Assembly (NCBI RefSeq): GCF_009914755.1
Contig: NC_060927.1
Direction: 5' to 3' (one strand)
Origin: the human T2T-CHM13v2.0 reference genome, Homo sapiens
Length of the DNA stretch: 64,000 nt
The notes under the pieces are model-generated. The model searched no databases. It saw nothing but the letters and a program-made list of their open reading frames with translations, and had not been told where the DNA came from. Position 1 is the stretch's first letter; every line of letters begins with the position of its first letter. This document shows positions 1 through 14,439 of this stretch, one piece after another. The position numbers and the translations under genes were made by a program.

Positions 1-86
1 TGTGAAGACACTGATGCCCATGCGAGTGTGAATGTTTGGAGAGGGATGGAGAGCGGCACAGGGAAGTGTCATAAAGCCTGGTTTAC

Positions 87-542
87 CTTTGTAACCCTAC
101 ATATGAGCCCACATTTCTCAGAGCCAGTCATTAGGAAGGTCTGTGGTTTTTCATGTGAGTCAGTTTCATTTTTATTATGTAATTTAGAATACACTGAGCT
201 TTAGATTTTCATCTTATGCTTTAGGTTTTCATCCTTTCTATTGGTTTATTAAATTCCTTTTAAGGGATGAAAAACGGAGCTTTCTGATCTTAGCTCTAAT
301 TTCCTACGGCATCAGTTGATTTTGCTACAAGATGATGTTGTGTGTGTGTGTTTTCATTCACAGTGCTACTTAATTTAAATAAGATGACATACATTTTACT
401 ATGGATCTGATAAAAATTAGGTTGCTACTTTTGCACAATTTTCTTTGTATTATACTTATATTTTTCTAATTCTGTTTTTACAATGTGTGAAAATAATGCA
501 AGTTAAATTTTTGAATCTACTGTCCTTTCATAGAGCTCAGTA
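87..542 (-). pseudogene. Possible degenerate (fossil) coding exon
   Basis: Acceptor atgtctttttctag|TACTGAG at 542, donor AAG|gtaaac at 87. A-rich on -, K/E/N-rich translation with several stops and a likely frameshift near the (CA)n tract. Confidence 0.2.
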
Positions 543-1095
543 CTAGAAAAAGACATTATTTGCATTTATAAGCTTTCACAGCAAAAAAAAAAAAAAAAAA
601 AAAAGAATTTGTAAAGCTAGGTTTCTGGTTTTATAAAAAAGTAACCAACTAATGAAAAATTTTGGTCTGACACAGACCTATTTAAGAATTTCTATATCTA
701 TTACCTAAAAGTGGAATTACCCCACCTATTGCTGTAATATCATGCTGCTGATGCTCAACTATATTAAAACACACAATAAAAATGAAAGAAAACCATCTGT
801 CTTTGCTTTAAATTCATGACCCATCTATTTTAAACACAAGAGCTTTTCTGTCACTTGCTATGTTATCGACAATATGAGACTTTAGGTTGAGTCTAGGTCT
901 CTCTGGGCCTTATTTTATTGCAACTATTTTATAAGATGTGAGCATAAGTTGCCTAGCATATCACTGTTTTCTGAGACTTGTGATTACATATACTCTAGCC
1001 TGGGGAATTTTCTGACTTCTAACAAATACTCTTTTCTGTGACTACTTGTTCTGACCATCCCCCTCCATTTCTCCTCAACCCATCCTCCACCAAAC

Positions 1096-1312
1096 CTGAC
1101 TGATGTTACAGTAAGTAGGGCCACTCCTGGGGGAACACAGACAACCTTCCCAGAACTGCCTGCGTGCTTTGATAGGGAAGTGACTCCCAGCTACGCTGAG
1201 TTTGGGGGAAGGCACAATTGTCTGGTTTGATAATCTTGTCTGGACTTTCCAGCTCTGCTCTTGTTTCAACTTCCCCTGCTGCAATCTGAATCTATTCTGG
1301 AATCCTAACGGA
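1096..1312 (-). pseudogene. Exon-like open segment (SPLGFQNRFRLQQGKLKQEQSWK...PIKARRQFWEG...), possibly fossil or alternative
   Basis: Strong acceptor ttcttttgttctttcccag|T at 1312. Open frame matches ORF 1075..1326. Weak donor CAG|gtttgg; purine-rich sequence continues to about 800. Confidence 0.35.
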
Positions 1313-2000
1313 CTGGGAAAGAACAAAAGAATTTTTTTTATTGTTACAAGGTTGATGACCTTCTGTTTGATGTTTGACAGTGAGAAGGATTAGTTTCTTT
1401 TCCTAACAATCATTAACTGCCTTTGCAACCCTAACATTGTATCAAACAAGCACAATGAAGAAGAAATTCTGTTTAGTTAAAAATTCAAAATTAAATACAA
1501 AGTGTCAGGGAGGAAGTGGGGCAGTGCCTAGGTATTTAAAAGCAGATGAGTTTTCAGGTTGTAACACTCACGTTATCAGTAAGCTCCCTGGACAAATCAA
1601 GGCATTTGTCCTTCCAAGGTTTTATTTAATTCAATAGCTTGAGTATAAGAGTTACAGAAATTCCCATGATACTGGTAATTCCCAAAACAATGTTTCTCAC
1701 TTCAGAAATCTTAAGTGAAGAAATACTTATAATATGAAGTAGTAAGGGTGTTTCAAAAGAATAGGTCTTTGTAAGATTTACAAATTGTAATCTGTTTATA
1801 TTTCTTACCTCAGGAAAAATAGTACATCATTTACAGTTAAGAAAAGGAAAAAATGCCTGGATTAAACAAGACTTACCTGATAATGTTCTTTCCTTTCTTT
1901 CCCTTTGTGGAATAAATATTAAGAATCCCATATTCTATTTTATTTACTTTAAATTCTTTTCCCTCCCAAAAACAGTCTTGGGGGAATATTGAAAACTCAC

Positions 2001-2272
2001 CTCTATATATTAAAGGGTTATGTTTAAGTCTCTAAATCAGTCAGCCTCTCTCTACTTCCTACTTTTCTTTCCTCCTTTGTCTCTCCAAGGGAACTCAGGT
2101 AGTTCCGTCAGTCAAAAGGGGATGCATTGTGCCACTGTACTTGGACCTCCCTCTGGAGATATCCAATTTTGTCCTATCTCTTCCTTCGAAAAGAAAATAG
2201 ATGAGCTGGCTAAACTGTTAGATCTCACTTCTGGATTCTCCACAGAATTCTGTCTATGAATTGAAACCCCAG
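2001..2272 (-). pseudogene. Exon-like segment with internal stop/frameshift (GVSIHRQNSVENPEVRSNSLASS...)
   Basis: Acceptor tttttgatgttgtttcag|CT, consensus donor GAG|gtgagt, 272 nt. About 50 open codons, then a stop. Confidence 0.4.
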
Positions 2273-4650
2273 CTGAAACAACATCAAAAACATGAATTCC
2301 AATTTTTTTTTCCAGAGTGATAGTGTATGAACGTGTTTAATTACTTGTCATGTGCTTGCGACCAAGTAAACCTCTTCTTACCTATGAGTAAATAAAAAAT
2401 ACGAAGCCAATTTTGGAAAATATTCCTACAAAAATTTCTAATATTTGAATCATATAAAGGGCTCAATATAAAATTAAATGATAAAGGAATACTTCTTCAA
2501 CAACTAATACTTACTATCATGTATATTCCTGAGCGAGGTTAGGAAATTTTTAAAAAATGCTTTCCTGGGAAGAAAAGTTGAAGAGTTAATGAATATTCAT
2601 TTTCTGTGTTCATCTGTTTCTTTTCACGTGACTTTTATTTGGGCCATAACTTTATGCTGGAAAGTTTACACTTCAATTGTCTCACTGAATATATACAGCA
2701 ATACTATGACTAATATAGTTACTTTCATTTCAGTTTTACAGCTGAGGAAACAAGGACTTTGGAAATCAAGCAACTTGTCTAAATTTGGATTCAAACTCAA
2801 TTTGTTTCTGTAACCCATACTCCATTTATCACATACCCCCTTGGAAATTTAAAGAGAGGATTTTTTTTTTAATGATATGTGACTTCAATTACTAACCTTA
2901 AAGTATGAGCAACGGGCATAAGCAAAGATTTTTCCATCTTGCATTTTCAAAACAATATATTGAATCAGATTAGGTACTAAAATATACTCAATCACTGTAT
3001 CAAATTGCAGCACTTCTAAGAAAACGAATTTTAGCCAGTGCAAATATACTTAGCAAGCACATAGTAGGTACTAAATAAATGTTTACTAGGCAACTGCTTA
3101 TTAAAATACACCTTTATTTCATTAATATGCTGTATTATTTTACACACATAAAACTCCATGTTGTGAAAAATGGTGAGGTAAGATAATTTTTTCTCAAAAT
3201 TCATAGCCTTTTAATAACTTTTTAAAAGCCAACTTAAAACTAATTTTAAATTATATAAAATGTTACCTCAAAATTTGCATTATAACTTATAATGCAAATG
3301 CTAATGTATATAATACTAATACACCGTAATAATACATATATTATAGTTACAATATGAGGTCTTAACAACCAGTACTAGAGAGGCTAAAAATGCAGGGGCA
3401 AATAAATCTTTGAAAACTTTATGTCATACACTTTCAAGTATTCATTATATTATGGTTTACTTTTGCTTTATACTAATTATTAGCTCAAAAACATTTATTT
3501 AAAAAATTGAACTAGAATTTTAAAATATAAAAAATTTAAACTAACAAGTTAGTCAGTTTTACTATTAGCATCAACCATTATAAGTAATTCTTTTCTATAA
3601 CAGATCAAAATCTCAGTGAAAATTCATAAACCACAATAGTTGTCTCAAATTATTTATGTTGTCAAAATAACAATAAGACTATTGTTACCTCAATAATAGT
3701 TACCTCAAAACAAATACCTCTATTCTATTTATTTATTAGATTCAAATAAATAATCTTATATTCAAATTCAACACCCATCTGTTTCACTTTGAGAATGCAC
3801 AAATAAATGAATCCAGTAACAAATGAGAGCTTCAACATACATTTAAAGATAGAAATCTGAACATAGATGAGGTGTGTAGAACTGTACTGCAATGTTAAAC
3901 CAAACTATCATAAATCTACTGAAAAGTCATGGGAAAATTAGAGAATTCCAAAACTTGGAAATGAAATTTTTTATTTTAAAGTTCTGAAAAACAAAATCAG
4001 ATGAGTCTTCAGTCTGTACACAAATGATCTTGGCACTAATTTCGGACTTCTTATGAAGTGATTCATTTTTAAAATAGATTATAAATGATTAGAAAAGGAA
4101 AGGAATAATCACTAACATAAATCATGACACCCATTAGGTTTTCTGGATAGTAGATCAGCAATTGTGATAAAAATCAAATGACATGGAGAAAGACTGAGAG
4201 AGACAATTAGTAAGCTTGAGAGCAAAAGCAAACTCAACACAATTAAAATAAAATGAAGAAATAAACCATAAAGTCTGGGATCGTGACATTATATAAATGA
4301 TATAGATAAAATGTAAATTGAAAAACAATGAAGCCTTATAGTTAGGGTAACCTGGTTTCACTGATTACTAACTTATAAAGCTAGAATAGAAAAAAAAATC
4401 AATTGCATGCACTCGGAATAGCTTATGGAAATATTTACAAAACGTCCACCAGTCCAAAAAAGACTGAAGAGAGGGTATGTTGCCAACTGAAAACTATCAG
4501 AATTCTGGCCAAGTATCCTGGCAGTCTCCAAACATCAGAACATTCATTCAATTTGGTTTTAGGAAGCAAAACGTTACAGAGAGAAGCATGAAAATCTGTC
4601 CCACCTGGAGATTAAAAGCAGAATCAAAGTGAAAAATATCAAGCCCTTAC

Positions 4651-4674
4651 CTGACACATGTTAGGAACTAACAA
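4651..4674 (-). CDS. 24-nt in-frame microexon candidate encoding LLVPNMCQ
   Basis: Branch point tactaat, tract ctcctttttcttttag|, exon TTGTTAGTTCCTAACATGTGTCAG, donor CAG|gtaagg. Only phase 0 is stop-free. Confidence 0.6.
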
Positions 4675-6771
4675 CTAAAAGAAAAAGGAGTTATTAGTAA
4701 GTCCTTCACATGTATAATCTGTACAATTTAAAATCTACTTTAGTGTCAGATTTTGTTACCTGAAATCAATCATCATTTGCCAAAAGAACTATATCAGCAT
4801 AGTAAATATAAATCAGGGCTTACTTAATGAAGATTCACCAATAAAGAATGCAGAATTAGTGTGCAAGACTTATTCACATTATAAGAACAGTAAAATGACT
4901 AGAGAACACAAAGTGCCAGGAATAGAAAGGAAAGGTTACTCACAGTTATGTAGTCAAGAAAAAATAATAATCTTCAAGGATGAATGATGTTGTATTTTCA
5001 GAACTCAAAACTATTTCCATGTTTTGAAAAGTATCAAGTTGCATAGTAACATATGCAAAATTTTCAAAAGAAAGATAAATTTTATAGCATTCAAAATAGT
5101 TCTACAGAGTGTAACCAAACATAAACTAGTGCATGGATTTAGAGACAACTATACTTGAAGAAAGAAAATCTTTAAAAAACTGTATCAACTTAGCCATAAT
5201 TATATCTTGTTTTTATGAAGACCAATTAACTTGATTATGTGTTGTGCTTATTGAGATTGTCGTATAGTCTATTAATAAGTTCAGAGAAGTTCATCTTAAG
5301 GTAGTAAAAAATTTAGTAAAAAATTAGCATTTGGCTTTCAAATATTTTGCTACACACGTAATGCACTGCAATTGATACAACTGATGATTGTTAGAATAAT
5401 AAATTCAATTGATCCAATGTGAGATAAAGTAAAACCACATAAGAATACATGAAAATTCCACATTTAAACCAAATAGAAAGTCAAGATACTCTTAAATAAG
5501 CCAGTCACTAATACAGCTGTCCGATGACAACCACTCAACGTCAACACGGGAAACATGGTAAAGAACGTACTGTGGAATAGTCTATAGGAATACATCCTGG
5601 GAAAACTCTGCTGTGTTACATTTAAAATACAAAAATACATTTGGTCAAACCAGATAAATACAAGAATAGATACGTGAAGACTCTAAACCAAAGGTGTATC
5701 TTTAAAATTCCACTAGATTTTTTTTTTTCTATTTGAACTATTAAGACCCTTTATTCAAAGTGTAATAACATCATTTGGGATTAACTAGGTGTGACTGCAT
5801 GAGTTTGTTTAAGGCCAATTATTATGTGGCTTGGTGTCTACGACAATCTCTGCACATTCAATAGGACATAAGCAAGAAGTATTATCGCTGCTAGATCCAG
5901 CGACCTACAACAGGGCCTGACATGTAGTAGCCAGTGAATACAATTTATTAAATAGATAAATGAAAATTAAAATGATAAACACAAAAGCAATCAATGTTAC
6001 TGACATTTTGTAATACTAGACTTGGTAATTTGGGACATACATATAATATCCACATTTTAAAGTATAATAAATGAAAAAGAACATAGAAAAGAAATTATTG
6101 TGGAGCATTTTAAGACCTCCAAGAATACATCTATTGAGAACAAGAAATTCTGATGTAAAACTAACATTTCCATGTGAAAGAGAATGGAAGGGCAATGGAA
6201 TAACAAAAGAAAGTCAGTGAACACTGTTCTATTCATTAGAACAATTCTCTGATATGAAATAACAACAAGAATAAAAACATCCCTAAAATAAATCTAATTG
6301 AATGAAAAAAAAATAGTACATTGGCTTAGGCTGAATTTCAAAAAGAAAAAAAATCAAACAGATATTCAGATATCTTAAGAAATACTTAAGAAAAATAAGT
6401 CTGGTATATTTTAAAAAATAGCACAGGTCTAACTTTTAAAATAGTTTAAAGTAATGTGAGCATTATTGCACACTTCTAACTAGATTTTTAATTTTAGTAT
6501 CTCTCAGACCATTCCTAAAGTATCCCTGTAAACAGAGTTAAAAAGTGTCTTTGAATACAAGGTAAGCCTTCCTGCTTTTCATTCATACAATGAAATATTA
6601 TTCAACAATTAAAAGTAACATATTCATGGAGGAGCCTCCAATATGTGCTATTGGAGCTGAGAAAAATAAGAGCTGAGAAAAGGTAACATTAGTATAAAAT
6701 TGTCTCACACTTCTTGAATTTTGTGCCACATTGAAAGTTTTACACCTACTTCAACTAAAAATGCATTTTAT

Positions 6772-6957
6772 TTAGGATTTCCAAATTGGGACTATAGCAT
6801 ATATTTGTGCAGGCATCTGGCTTCCGACAGCCTCTTGAACCTGCTGGATGACGTTTCCTATGCATATCCTCCCATCACCTTATCAATTTTCACTAAGGAT
6901 TTCTTTTGCTTGAGGGCCATCGTTCTCAATTAAAAATGATAGTACTTTAGGAATGCT
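6772..6957 (-). pseudogene. Possible fossil exon (SIPKVLSFLIENDGPQAKEILSEN**GDGRICIGNVIQQVQEAV...)
   Basis: Purine-rich on -, modest acceptor ttcttggtattttaaacaag|, two adjacent stops, no clear donor. Confidence 0.2.
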
Positions 6958-7146
6958 CTTGTTTAAAATACCAAGAACCCAACAATACTCTAATGCTGAG
7001 TAATCCAGGCTGTCACAATGAAAACAATTTACTCCCAAACCCACCTTCCAGTTCAAACCCAAACCTCAGCAAAACTCCAATGTCTAAATGCCACAGACCT
7101 TGCAAGATACTAAAAAGCTGTGAGATGTGTAATTTTAAAATACTGC

Positions 7147-7452
7147 AGCCAGGCGCAGTGGCTCACGCCTGTAATCCTAGCACTTTAGGAGGCTGAGACG
7201 GGTGGATCTCCTGAGGTCAGGAGTTTGAGACCAGCCTGGCCAACATGGCAAACCCCGTCTCTACTAGAAATACAAAAATTAGTCGGGCATGGTGGTGGGT
7301 GCCTGTAATTCCAGCTACTTGTGAGGCTGAGGCAGGAGAATCGCTTGAACTGGGGGACAGAGATTGCAGTGAGCCGAGATCACACCACTTCACTCCAGCC
7401 TGGGCAAAAGAGTGAAACCCCATCTCAAAAAAAAAAAAAAAAAAAAAAAAAA
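7147..7452 (+). mobile_element. AluS, full length
   Basis: Alu dimer, A-tail, TSD-like aaaatactgca/aaaaactgca. Confidence 0.95.
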
Positions 7453-7791
7453 CTGCATAATGGGCACCTGTATTTTTAACTACCTTGGAAATAACCAGCC
7501 AAAATAAAATAGACAAGTTACTGTCTCAATCATAAAAAAGTTAACAGTATCATACTTAAGCTAAATAGAGTATGTGAAGCAACTTATCTATCTAAAACTC
7601 TCATTTATTTTCAAAAACCACAAACAATGCAATAGGAAACTCATAGGAGATTCTGTAGACCAAAAGTTGAATATCACCTTTTACAGTCTAGGTAAAAAGT
7701 ACCTACTTCCCTATATAGTTAGCAGATGACAATAAACAAATAAATAAATAAAATAGTGCAATTACAAAAACCAAAATTTTAAAGTGCATAC

Positions 7792-7939
7792 TTGGATATT
7801 TTGTGTCAATATTATCCTTTCAACGTGGGGAAAAATTAGTCACTGTATTTGTTGTTGCTGCTCTTTGAACTTGTTCACTGTCTTGCTCCTGCAGTTGTCT
7901 GCTCTTTCCTTAATTCACTGTGTTCTACTATACTTCTGC
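7792..7939 (-). pseudogene. 148-nt exon-like segment with frameshift/stop
   Basis: aaatgttttag|GCAGAAG...TCCAA|gtatgc. GA-rich. Reads RSIVEHSELRKE, then in a shifted frame RQLQEQDSEQVQRAATTNTVTNFSPR*KDNIDTKYP. Confidence 0.4.
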
Positions 7940-8564
7940 CTAAAACATTTTAAACTAAACTAAATGGTATGTGTAACAAATTTTTTGATTTATGCTAAGT
8001 TGGACTTAATAAATATTAATAAAGCATATAACTAAAAACTGGATGCAGATATTTATAACACAATGATATTACACGCAGGGTTGAAGACATGAGAAAGTCT
8101 CATTTCTCTACCAAAATAACTCAAATTTTAAATCGTGTATACTGGATCTGAGTTGATATATGTGTGACAGGGAGCATGTGTATGTCTACACATATATCAT
8201 GCCTACAAGCTGACTGCACATAATGACATCATCTATTTATATTAAATTTCACATATTTCCACTCATGGCTTGACCTATATACGAGGTTAGGCAAATATAA
8301 GCAAAACTGAAGTAGCATTTTTTATCTTATAAAAATTCATGAACATCATTACCACATGCTTTCATTCATTTAAAAAAAAAAAAAGAACTAAATACCATCT
8401 GTGTATGATAGCCTAATTAGGGGATTAGAACCGCAGACGCTTTGCTGGCTCACATGTTCAAGCACATGCCCCTTTGACCATTTCAGGGAAAAAAAAAAAG
8501 AACAATAAAAACGTAGTCGGAAGCATCCCTCTGGATTCCGCATTGACTCCTAGCGTTAACTAAC

Positions 8565-8752
8565 CCCACAGAATTTAGCTGTCTGCACTCCCTTTGGGAA
8601 CTGGCTCTTGTTTTTCCTTGATGTGCATGCCTGCCCCAGCACAAGCCTTAGGATAAACTTGGCATCACATGAATTAGGTTTAAATAAGTTCAAACAGCAT
8701 TTTACAGAAGACTTGTATCTAAAGTCTGCAACACTGTAGGGACCATTGTTTC
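8565..8752 (-). other. 188-nt exon-like segment
   Basis: aaatctag|GAAACAATGG...TGTGGG|gttagt. Phase-1 frame is open (ORF 8556..8768). Confidence 0.25.
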
Positions 8753-11616
8753 CTAGATTTGATACCAATAATAGAAAAATTAATAATTCTAAATTGGTCT
8801 GAAAGAAAATAAATGAAAGACAATCATTACTCCACAGTGATATATAATGTATACATGACCCTACATAATATGTAAAATAGAACCTGTAATACCTATTAAA
8901 GCACCATGGTAATTTTGGGTCTATTTATTCTAGAAGCTCAATTAATGAAACTGAGTTCATATAGAAAAGTCAAAACACATCTCATTTATTAGGATTGCTT
9001 TTCTTACCTTAAATTCCAATAAAATTAGCATGCTAAAACTTTAAACTTTAAAGACCATGTAATTTAATATGTGGTAAATCCTACCAGTCCTACCAGTTAG
9101 GATCAGAAGATTGACTCCTACACAGTTATTTAAGATGTTAACAATTAAATATGTCCACAAAACAAGAGCAGTGAAATGTTGCTGTATTTCATAACCAGAA
9201 AGAAATATATACTTTGTAGATTAAAAGGTTTTCAACTTAGAAAATGAGGCTAATGAATAAGCAGGAACCCATCGTCACTTACTGAATAGGGTAAGTTTTT
9301 GTCCTCCCCACAAGGCACAAAGTTAAAAAAAAATTAACATGGTAATAATAATAATCACAGACTCACTAATTGAAAGAAAGGAGTAAATCAGTTAAGCCAC
9401 CCAAATTGTTACAAACATACACAAAGAAAATTGTTTTACATTTAAAATAAAATGCAAAATGTCAAGAAAATTGCAAATTTAAATGGTGCCACAACCAGGC
9501 CGCTGCTCTTTGAACCATTAGGCAGTTGGAGATCTAACCCTTTATCTGCTTTTTTTTCTATTTCAGTTCCAATAGTGCTCCATAATAGGAGTGACCAGTC
9601 TGCTAAAGAGCAGCTATTTATGTCACAGTTTCATAAGACAGGTCTATGTCCAGCTGGAAATAACTTCAGGCATTTTCAGCCCAAACCAGCTCTGTATCTA
9701 GGTCTGTTCAAGTAAAATTGGGTCTACACAATTTCTCCACATTCTGATCCAAAGAGAAAAGAAGCCCTCATTTAAATATAGCTTAGAAAATCTGGAATTA
9801 CATGCTATTCTTTCAGTGGTCAGACCCTGATAGTTATGGACTAGCGTATTCTCTTTGGATTCTGGAGGCCATTTCTTATGAATATTGGCTGCCGCAACAA
9901 TTTCATATTGTCAACAGATGCGGGGATGCTGCTTATTCAGCTCAGTAGTGGTTGCCAGTAGAGGCTCAATGCTTCAGGCTGCAGCAAATTAATCCCAGCA
10001 GAGATGAGTTTTATTTGTTTCTCTAATAGTGGGAAGAAATATTGATGAGAGGATTCTGAGCTGTACGAAGGAGAAGAGACTGCTGGAAATTTCACCAACT
10101 CATTTTAGCATCTCCAAGTTGGTGGGAAAGTGTGTTACGGAGCCCCTCTTAAGTCCGCATTCCCCTTAGGGCATTCACCTCATAGACTGCGCTTTTCACA
10201 ACAAACATTCAGTTCTTTGTTCTCTGTTTACAGTGAAAATGGTTAGTCTCATGTATGGAGATATTTATATCTGGCACTAAAAAATTTGAAGAAAACAATA
10301 AAAATGCCACAAAAATTGCAAACAGCAACAATTAAAAGCATTTTTCTTTCATTGGCTAATTTTGAAGAGTATGGTTATTTTTAGACACTCAGCATCTTAT
10401 ATAAGTACTTTGTTTTATTGAATTTAACTATGATGAGCTAATTTCCCAACAAGAGCCACTATTTTTCATATTCTTCTCTTACTTCCTATTGATAATTCTT
10501 CCTCCACAGAAATAAAAACTGGCAGATTTTATTATCGACTGCATCAGGCCCGTGGCCTGATACAGCAACACTCAAAGGAAAGGGAGAGGCAAGGATGGAA
10601 AGAGAAATACTTTCCAGTTGTTTCACTAGAAATTCCTTTTAAATTAGCTTATGTGCATCCAATAAGATCAGAGTTATTCAATTTTGTATAAGAATTACTA
10701 ATTTAATATTATACTTTTAATGGACATGGCCTTAATAGATCAAATGGAAAAAAATACATAGAGGTTATGAATTTTAACTCTGCAATTACTGTTAGATGAA
10801 TAGTAATAAGTAACACATGGATTTGAGGGTAAATTTTATGTCATTAGATGTGATGTTTATGTACCTTGGAGCCTTGTTTCTCCATTTTTTTAAAAAGCTA
10901 ATAGTATGTAAAAAAAAGTAGATTTTGGATCCTTTTCTTATTTTTTATTTTAAAGTTCCAAAATTCTAAATATTACAAATTTAGGAACAGTTTTATATAT
11001 TTAAAAATAGTAGAGATACAGGGCTACATTTGGAGAAGGTGGAACAAGAATGGCCAATAGAGTCTAGTATGAATGCTAAATTTTCTGTTCAATTTCCTGG
11101 ATTGTAATTGTAAAAGGCGTCAAGAAATTGATAGTGAAATGAGGCCACTACAAAACTAGAAAGTAGTAAGTAATTTTTTTCTAAAACGATAGAAGTTGGA
11201 TTATGTATTCATCTGCCTTACAAAGACCATGTGAACCTCCTGCACTTTCACAACGCCACTGTGTACTGCCATCCCTTATGTTTCCGTTCTCATCTTCGAG
11301 ATCACACCCTTTCCTACTTCAAAATACAACAAGCTGTTTTGAGCTGACATTTTGAGCATAAGGCCATCATGCTGAATGAAATATCTGCTAAGTATTTCTT
11401 CTCCACTGCATCTTTCTGTCACCTCGGGGATCATACATGTTATCCTCTTTCCACATTTTCCAATTTCTGCTACTCAATGTCAGTGTATCCATCCTCAATT
11501 CCTATCTCTCCATCTTTCTCCTTTGCCTCCAGGTATCCCTCTAATGTGTCCCTGTCATTTATATATTTAATTCGTTTACTTATTTTTACCAACTACTTGG
11601 GGAAAATATTTCTTAG

Positions 11617-12075
<459 letters not shown>

Positions 12076-12249
12076 TAATTTCTGTTGGTAAAAAAAAAAA
12101 AAAAGTTATGTAGGTGGCACAGAATTTAGTATACTTGTAAAATGTACTGATATTTCCCCATGACTTCCAAATGCTTCTTTACATCAATAATCACTGACCT
12201 GACTACACCTGTTTGTCTTCAACCACATGAGACGCAGATATGTATTATA

Positions 12250-12507
<258 letters not shown>

Positions 12508-13140
12508 AAACATATGATATTTAAATTATGTACTATTCTACTATACTGTTAATAATTTACTATATAGTATATTTTAAATATAGTATAGTTTTTGTGGGTT
12601 TGCTCAAGAGTCCAATATCCATCTAAAGACCTACTTTCTCTCCTATCTGACATCTAAAGTTTTTGAGATTTGTAGAGTTTAGATCTAGAAGAGATTTCAG
12701 AGTGTAACACTTTTGAGAATGAGAGGCCTGAAATTCAGAGAATAAAAGGGCCAGCCCAATGTTTCACTGCAAAGCTAGGATGGGGGATTATGCTGCATGT
12801 GCAAAATCAGAGAGCCTGATGCAGCCCTCATGTGTGGCCAGAGTGTGCCAGGTAGTTTTGGACTGCAAGTGAACAGTGGGGAGAATGCAGATAAAAGGAA
12901 AGGCAAAGGTGAGCTCATAAGGGACTTTTCCTGTGTATTGCTGACACATGGTAGCCACTCAATACATTTTTTAAAAAATGAACACTTAGATGCCAAGCAA
13001 AGGAACATGAATGTTATTATACAGCTAATGAAGAATCACTATAGGATTATAATGAAGAGAATGACAATAACAGACCTGCATCTTAGAAATTAGTTACAGA
13101 AGCAATGCAGTGGAAAATGGATTTCTGTGAGATGTTACTA

Positions 13141-13390
<250 letters not shown>

Positions 13391-13608
13391 AAGAAAGAAA
13401 GAAAGAGAGAAAGAGAGAAAGAAAGAGAGAAAGGGAGAAAGAAAGAAAGAGAGAAAGAAAGAAAGAAAGAGAGAAAGAAAGAGAAAGAAAGAAAGAGAAA
13501 GAAAGAAAGAAAGAAAGGAAGGAAGGAAGGAAGGAAGGAAGGAAGGAAAGAAAGAAGGAAAGGAAAGGAAGGAAGGAAGGAAAGAAAGGAAAGAAAGAAA
13601 GAAAGAAA
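13391..13608. repeat. (GAAA)n/(GGAA)n polypurine microsatellite
   Basis: Seen directly. Confidence 0.95.
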
Positions 13609-13683
13609 ATTTAATAGTCCAGATAAGATATGATAAATTATTCCTGGATTGAGATAATAACATAAGGAAAAAGAAGAAATAGA

Positions 13684-13700
13684 CTCTCTCTCTCTCTCTC

Positions 13701-13743
<43 letters not shown>
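13684..13743. repeat. (CT)n(GT)n compound microsatellite
   Basis: Seen directly. Confidence 0.95.
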
Positions 13744-13745
<2 letters not shown>

Positions 13746-13914
13746 TTCTCTTCTGTATGTTCTCATCATGAAACTCAATTGCATTGCTTTGTACGAAGGC
13801 TGCATGTTTAAGTCCCTCCCTTATACCACTCTAACCTGACCTCATCTGTAAGATGTCTTATGAAATAATCTTCACAAAGATCAAATAATATCATTAAGAA
13901 TTCTGAGCATTCTC

Positions 13915-14260
13915 ACTATGCAGCCATAAAAAAGAAGGAGATCACGTCCTTTGCAGGGACATGGATAGAGGGCTAGAGGCCATTATCCTTAGCAAACTAA
14001 CACAGGAACAGAAAACCAAATACCACATGTTCTCACTTATAGGCGGAAACTAAATGATGAGAATACATGGACACATAGAGGTAAAAAACACACAGTGGGG
14101 TCTCTTGTGGGGTGGAGGGTGGAAGGAGGAAGAGGATCAGGAAAAATAACTAATGGGTACTAGGCTTAATACCTAGATAAAGAAATAATCTGTACAACAA
14201 ACCCCCATGACATAAGTTTACCTATGTAACAAACCTGCACTTGTAACCCTGAATTTAAAA

Positions 14261-14292
<32 letters not shown>
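13915..14292 (+). mobile_element. 5'-truncated primate L1 3' end (older L1PA type) with poly(A)
   Basis: Typical L1PA 3' end (cagccataaaaaag...aggatcaggaaaaataactaatgggtactaggcttaatacct...), A-tail, degenerate TSD ctgagcattctca/ctgagagttctca. Confidence 0.92.
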
Positions 14293-14294
<2 letters not shown>

Positions 14295-14439
14295 GAGAGT
14301 TCTCAAAAATATTTCTCTTGAAATAAAAGTTCCCCAAATTCCATTTGCCAAATAAGAAATTTCCATCTATGCAAGCCAAAGTAGTTATATTGGTAAAGTA
14401 ATAACAATAACAATAGCAAGAACACTTGACACAGAAATA

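Noticed and set aside
583-604. Orphan A22 tract (similar tracts near 8372 and 18560)
   Set aside because: No attached retroelement body or convincing TSD; cannot be told apart from slippage expansion.
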